Positions 63,887 to 64,000 of a DNA stretch of 64,000 bases are shown one piece after another (position 1 is the first letter of the stretch; each line of letters starts with the position of its first letter). The notes under the pieces are model-generated. The model did no database searches, was not told where the DNA came from, and saw only the letters and a list, made by a program, of their open reading frames with translations. Source of the DNA: Myxococcales bacterium. Lineage in GTDB: Bacteria; Myxococcota; B64-G9. The position numbers and the translations under genes are program-made. The stretch lies in NCBI GenBank assembly GCA_012798435.1, contig JAAZNF010000003.1, forward strand, positions 2,154 to 66,153, given 5' to 3'.

Positions 63887-64000
63887 TCAACCTCTCGCTT
63901 TCTCGATGGCCTCGATGGTGGCGCGCGCCCGACCCGCCATCACCGCTTGGATGAGTTTCCGCAGCCGGGGGTGCTTTTGTAGCAGCGTTTCTGCAGCCGA
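63887..64000 (-). CDS. 3' end of a gene running off the window
   Basis: Open frame SAAETLLQKHPRLRKLIQAVMAGRARATIEAIEKARG* ending just before the next start. Confidence 0.45.
   Translation of the reverse strand, partial: SAAETLLQKHPRLRKLIQAVMAGRARATIEAIEKARG

Overview
High-GC, densely coding 64-kb chromosomal segment, most likely from a Myxococcota (myxobacterium-like) genome. I found no rRNA, tRNA, CRISPR array, transposase or phage gene. There are four main blocks. (1) 1-17.5 kb covers signalling and surface proteins: two Hanks-type Ser/Thr kinases, an FHA-GAF-sigma54 enhancer-binding protein followed by a sigma54-type promoter, TPR proteins, lipoproteins including a 24-repeat Cys-rich giant, a double-FHA protein and a lid-less Hsp70 with a J-TPR partner. 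(2) 17.5-29.6 kb covers anaerobic W/Mo/Se metabolism: a GAPOR-like AOR-family oxidoreductase and a selenocysteine formate dehydrogenase (in-frame TGA plus SECIS). The FDH operon also holds a NuoE-NuoF fusion whose NuoE part has lost most 2Fe-2S cysteines, a receiver protein and an FNT channel, with a ferritin-like protein and a MobA fusion adjacent. (3) 29.8-50.2 kb holds an EF-G paralog and a motility block (agmK/gltI-like, gltJ/agmX, frzS-like), in which the ~4,100-codon agmK-like frame is broken by one in-frame TAG. (4) 50-64 kb holds Cys-rich surface lipoproteins, an acetate kinase-PduL fusion with a degenerate kinase active site, DUF374, an aminotransferase, rsmI, a lipoprotein and a TPR protein. 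The most unusual signals are the compensated-cysteine pattern of the Cys-rich repeat, the AckA*-PduL fusion, the Fe-S-deficient NuoE of the Sec-FDH and the amber codon in agmK. All family calls come from recognising motifs by eye; no database search was run.
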